Of a stretch of 64,000 nucleotides of DNA, positions 63,918 to 64,000 are shown in pieces (within the stretch, counting starts at the first letter, position 1; the number at the start of each line of letters is the position of its first letter). The stretch lies in the IMG/VR virus record IMGVR_UViG_3300028914_001625, positions 18,751 through 82,750 of that record; one strand, written 5' to 3'. A model generated the notes under the pieces. That model saw only the letters and a list, made by a program, of their open reading frames with translations. It had not been told where the DNA came from and did no database searches. Source of the stretch: a virus (Duplodnaviria; Caudoviricetes). Made by a program: the position numbers and the translations under genes.

Positions 63918-63957
63918 TTTCAACCTCAATTCCGTTGACTTACCATTTCCATTTGTT

Positions 63958-63995
63958 TACGTAGATAATATAACAATTTCTGCGGTATCCGTCAA
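63958..63995 (-). promoter_or_regulatory. sigma70-type promoter (TTGACG-17-TATATT, then ATCTACGTA)
   Basis: -35 at 63990-63995, -10 at 63967-63972. Confidence 0.8.
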
Positions 63996-64000
63996 TAGAA

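Noticed and set aside
1-64000. Stop-codon reassignment (code 15 or 4), as in some gut and jumbo phages
   Set aside because: Ligase, UvsW, gp46, gp47 and a 1887-aa gene are full length in code 11 and coding density is high.
1-64000. tRNA or rRNA genes
   Set aside because: No T-arm GGTTCGA(A/N)TCC-type signature or cloverleaf was noticed on either strand; a tRNAscan-SE run would confirm.

Overview
64 kb slice of a large T4-superfamily (myovirus-like/jumbo) bacteriophage genome. It is read in the standard genetic code and almost every gene is on the minus strand. From left to right: (1) 1-17.2 kb, an early/accessory region of small hypothetical genes with a NadD-like adenylyltransferase-Nudix fusion, a DRB0094/Rnl5-type RNA ligase and an ATP-dependent DNA ligase, driven by a repeated sigma70-type promoter; (2) 17.3-26.9 kb, virion genes (gp14-like neck protein, a 270-aa and a ~1887-aa protein with similar ends, a 749-aa protein); (3) 26.9-35.0 kb, uvsW, a highly structured ~300-nt intergenic element, then a plus-strand operon of uvsY, gp46, gp47, a GT-A glycosyltransferase and a TupA-like ATP-grasp protein; (4) 35.1-44.8 kb, a modular tail-fibre/receptor-binding cluster; (5) 44.8-64 kb, a T4 beta-glucosyltransferase-like gene and a long, translationally coupled array of otherwise dissimilar ORFs sharing a C-terminal basic-helix/EI..A..(Y/W/F) motif, interrupted by a 770-bp repeat-rich non-coding region (origin or terminus candidate). 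I found no tRNA, rRNA, CRISPR array, transposase, reverse transcriptase or intein. Protein family calls come from motif recognition by eye, not database searches. Most promising leads: the C-terminal-tag gene array, the structured ncRNA candidate at 29.1-29.4 kb, and the glycosyltransferase/ATP-grasp/BGT-like set as a possible new DNA (or virion) hypermodification pathway.
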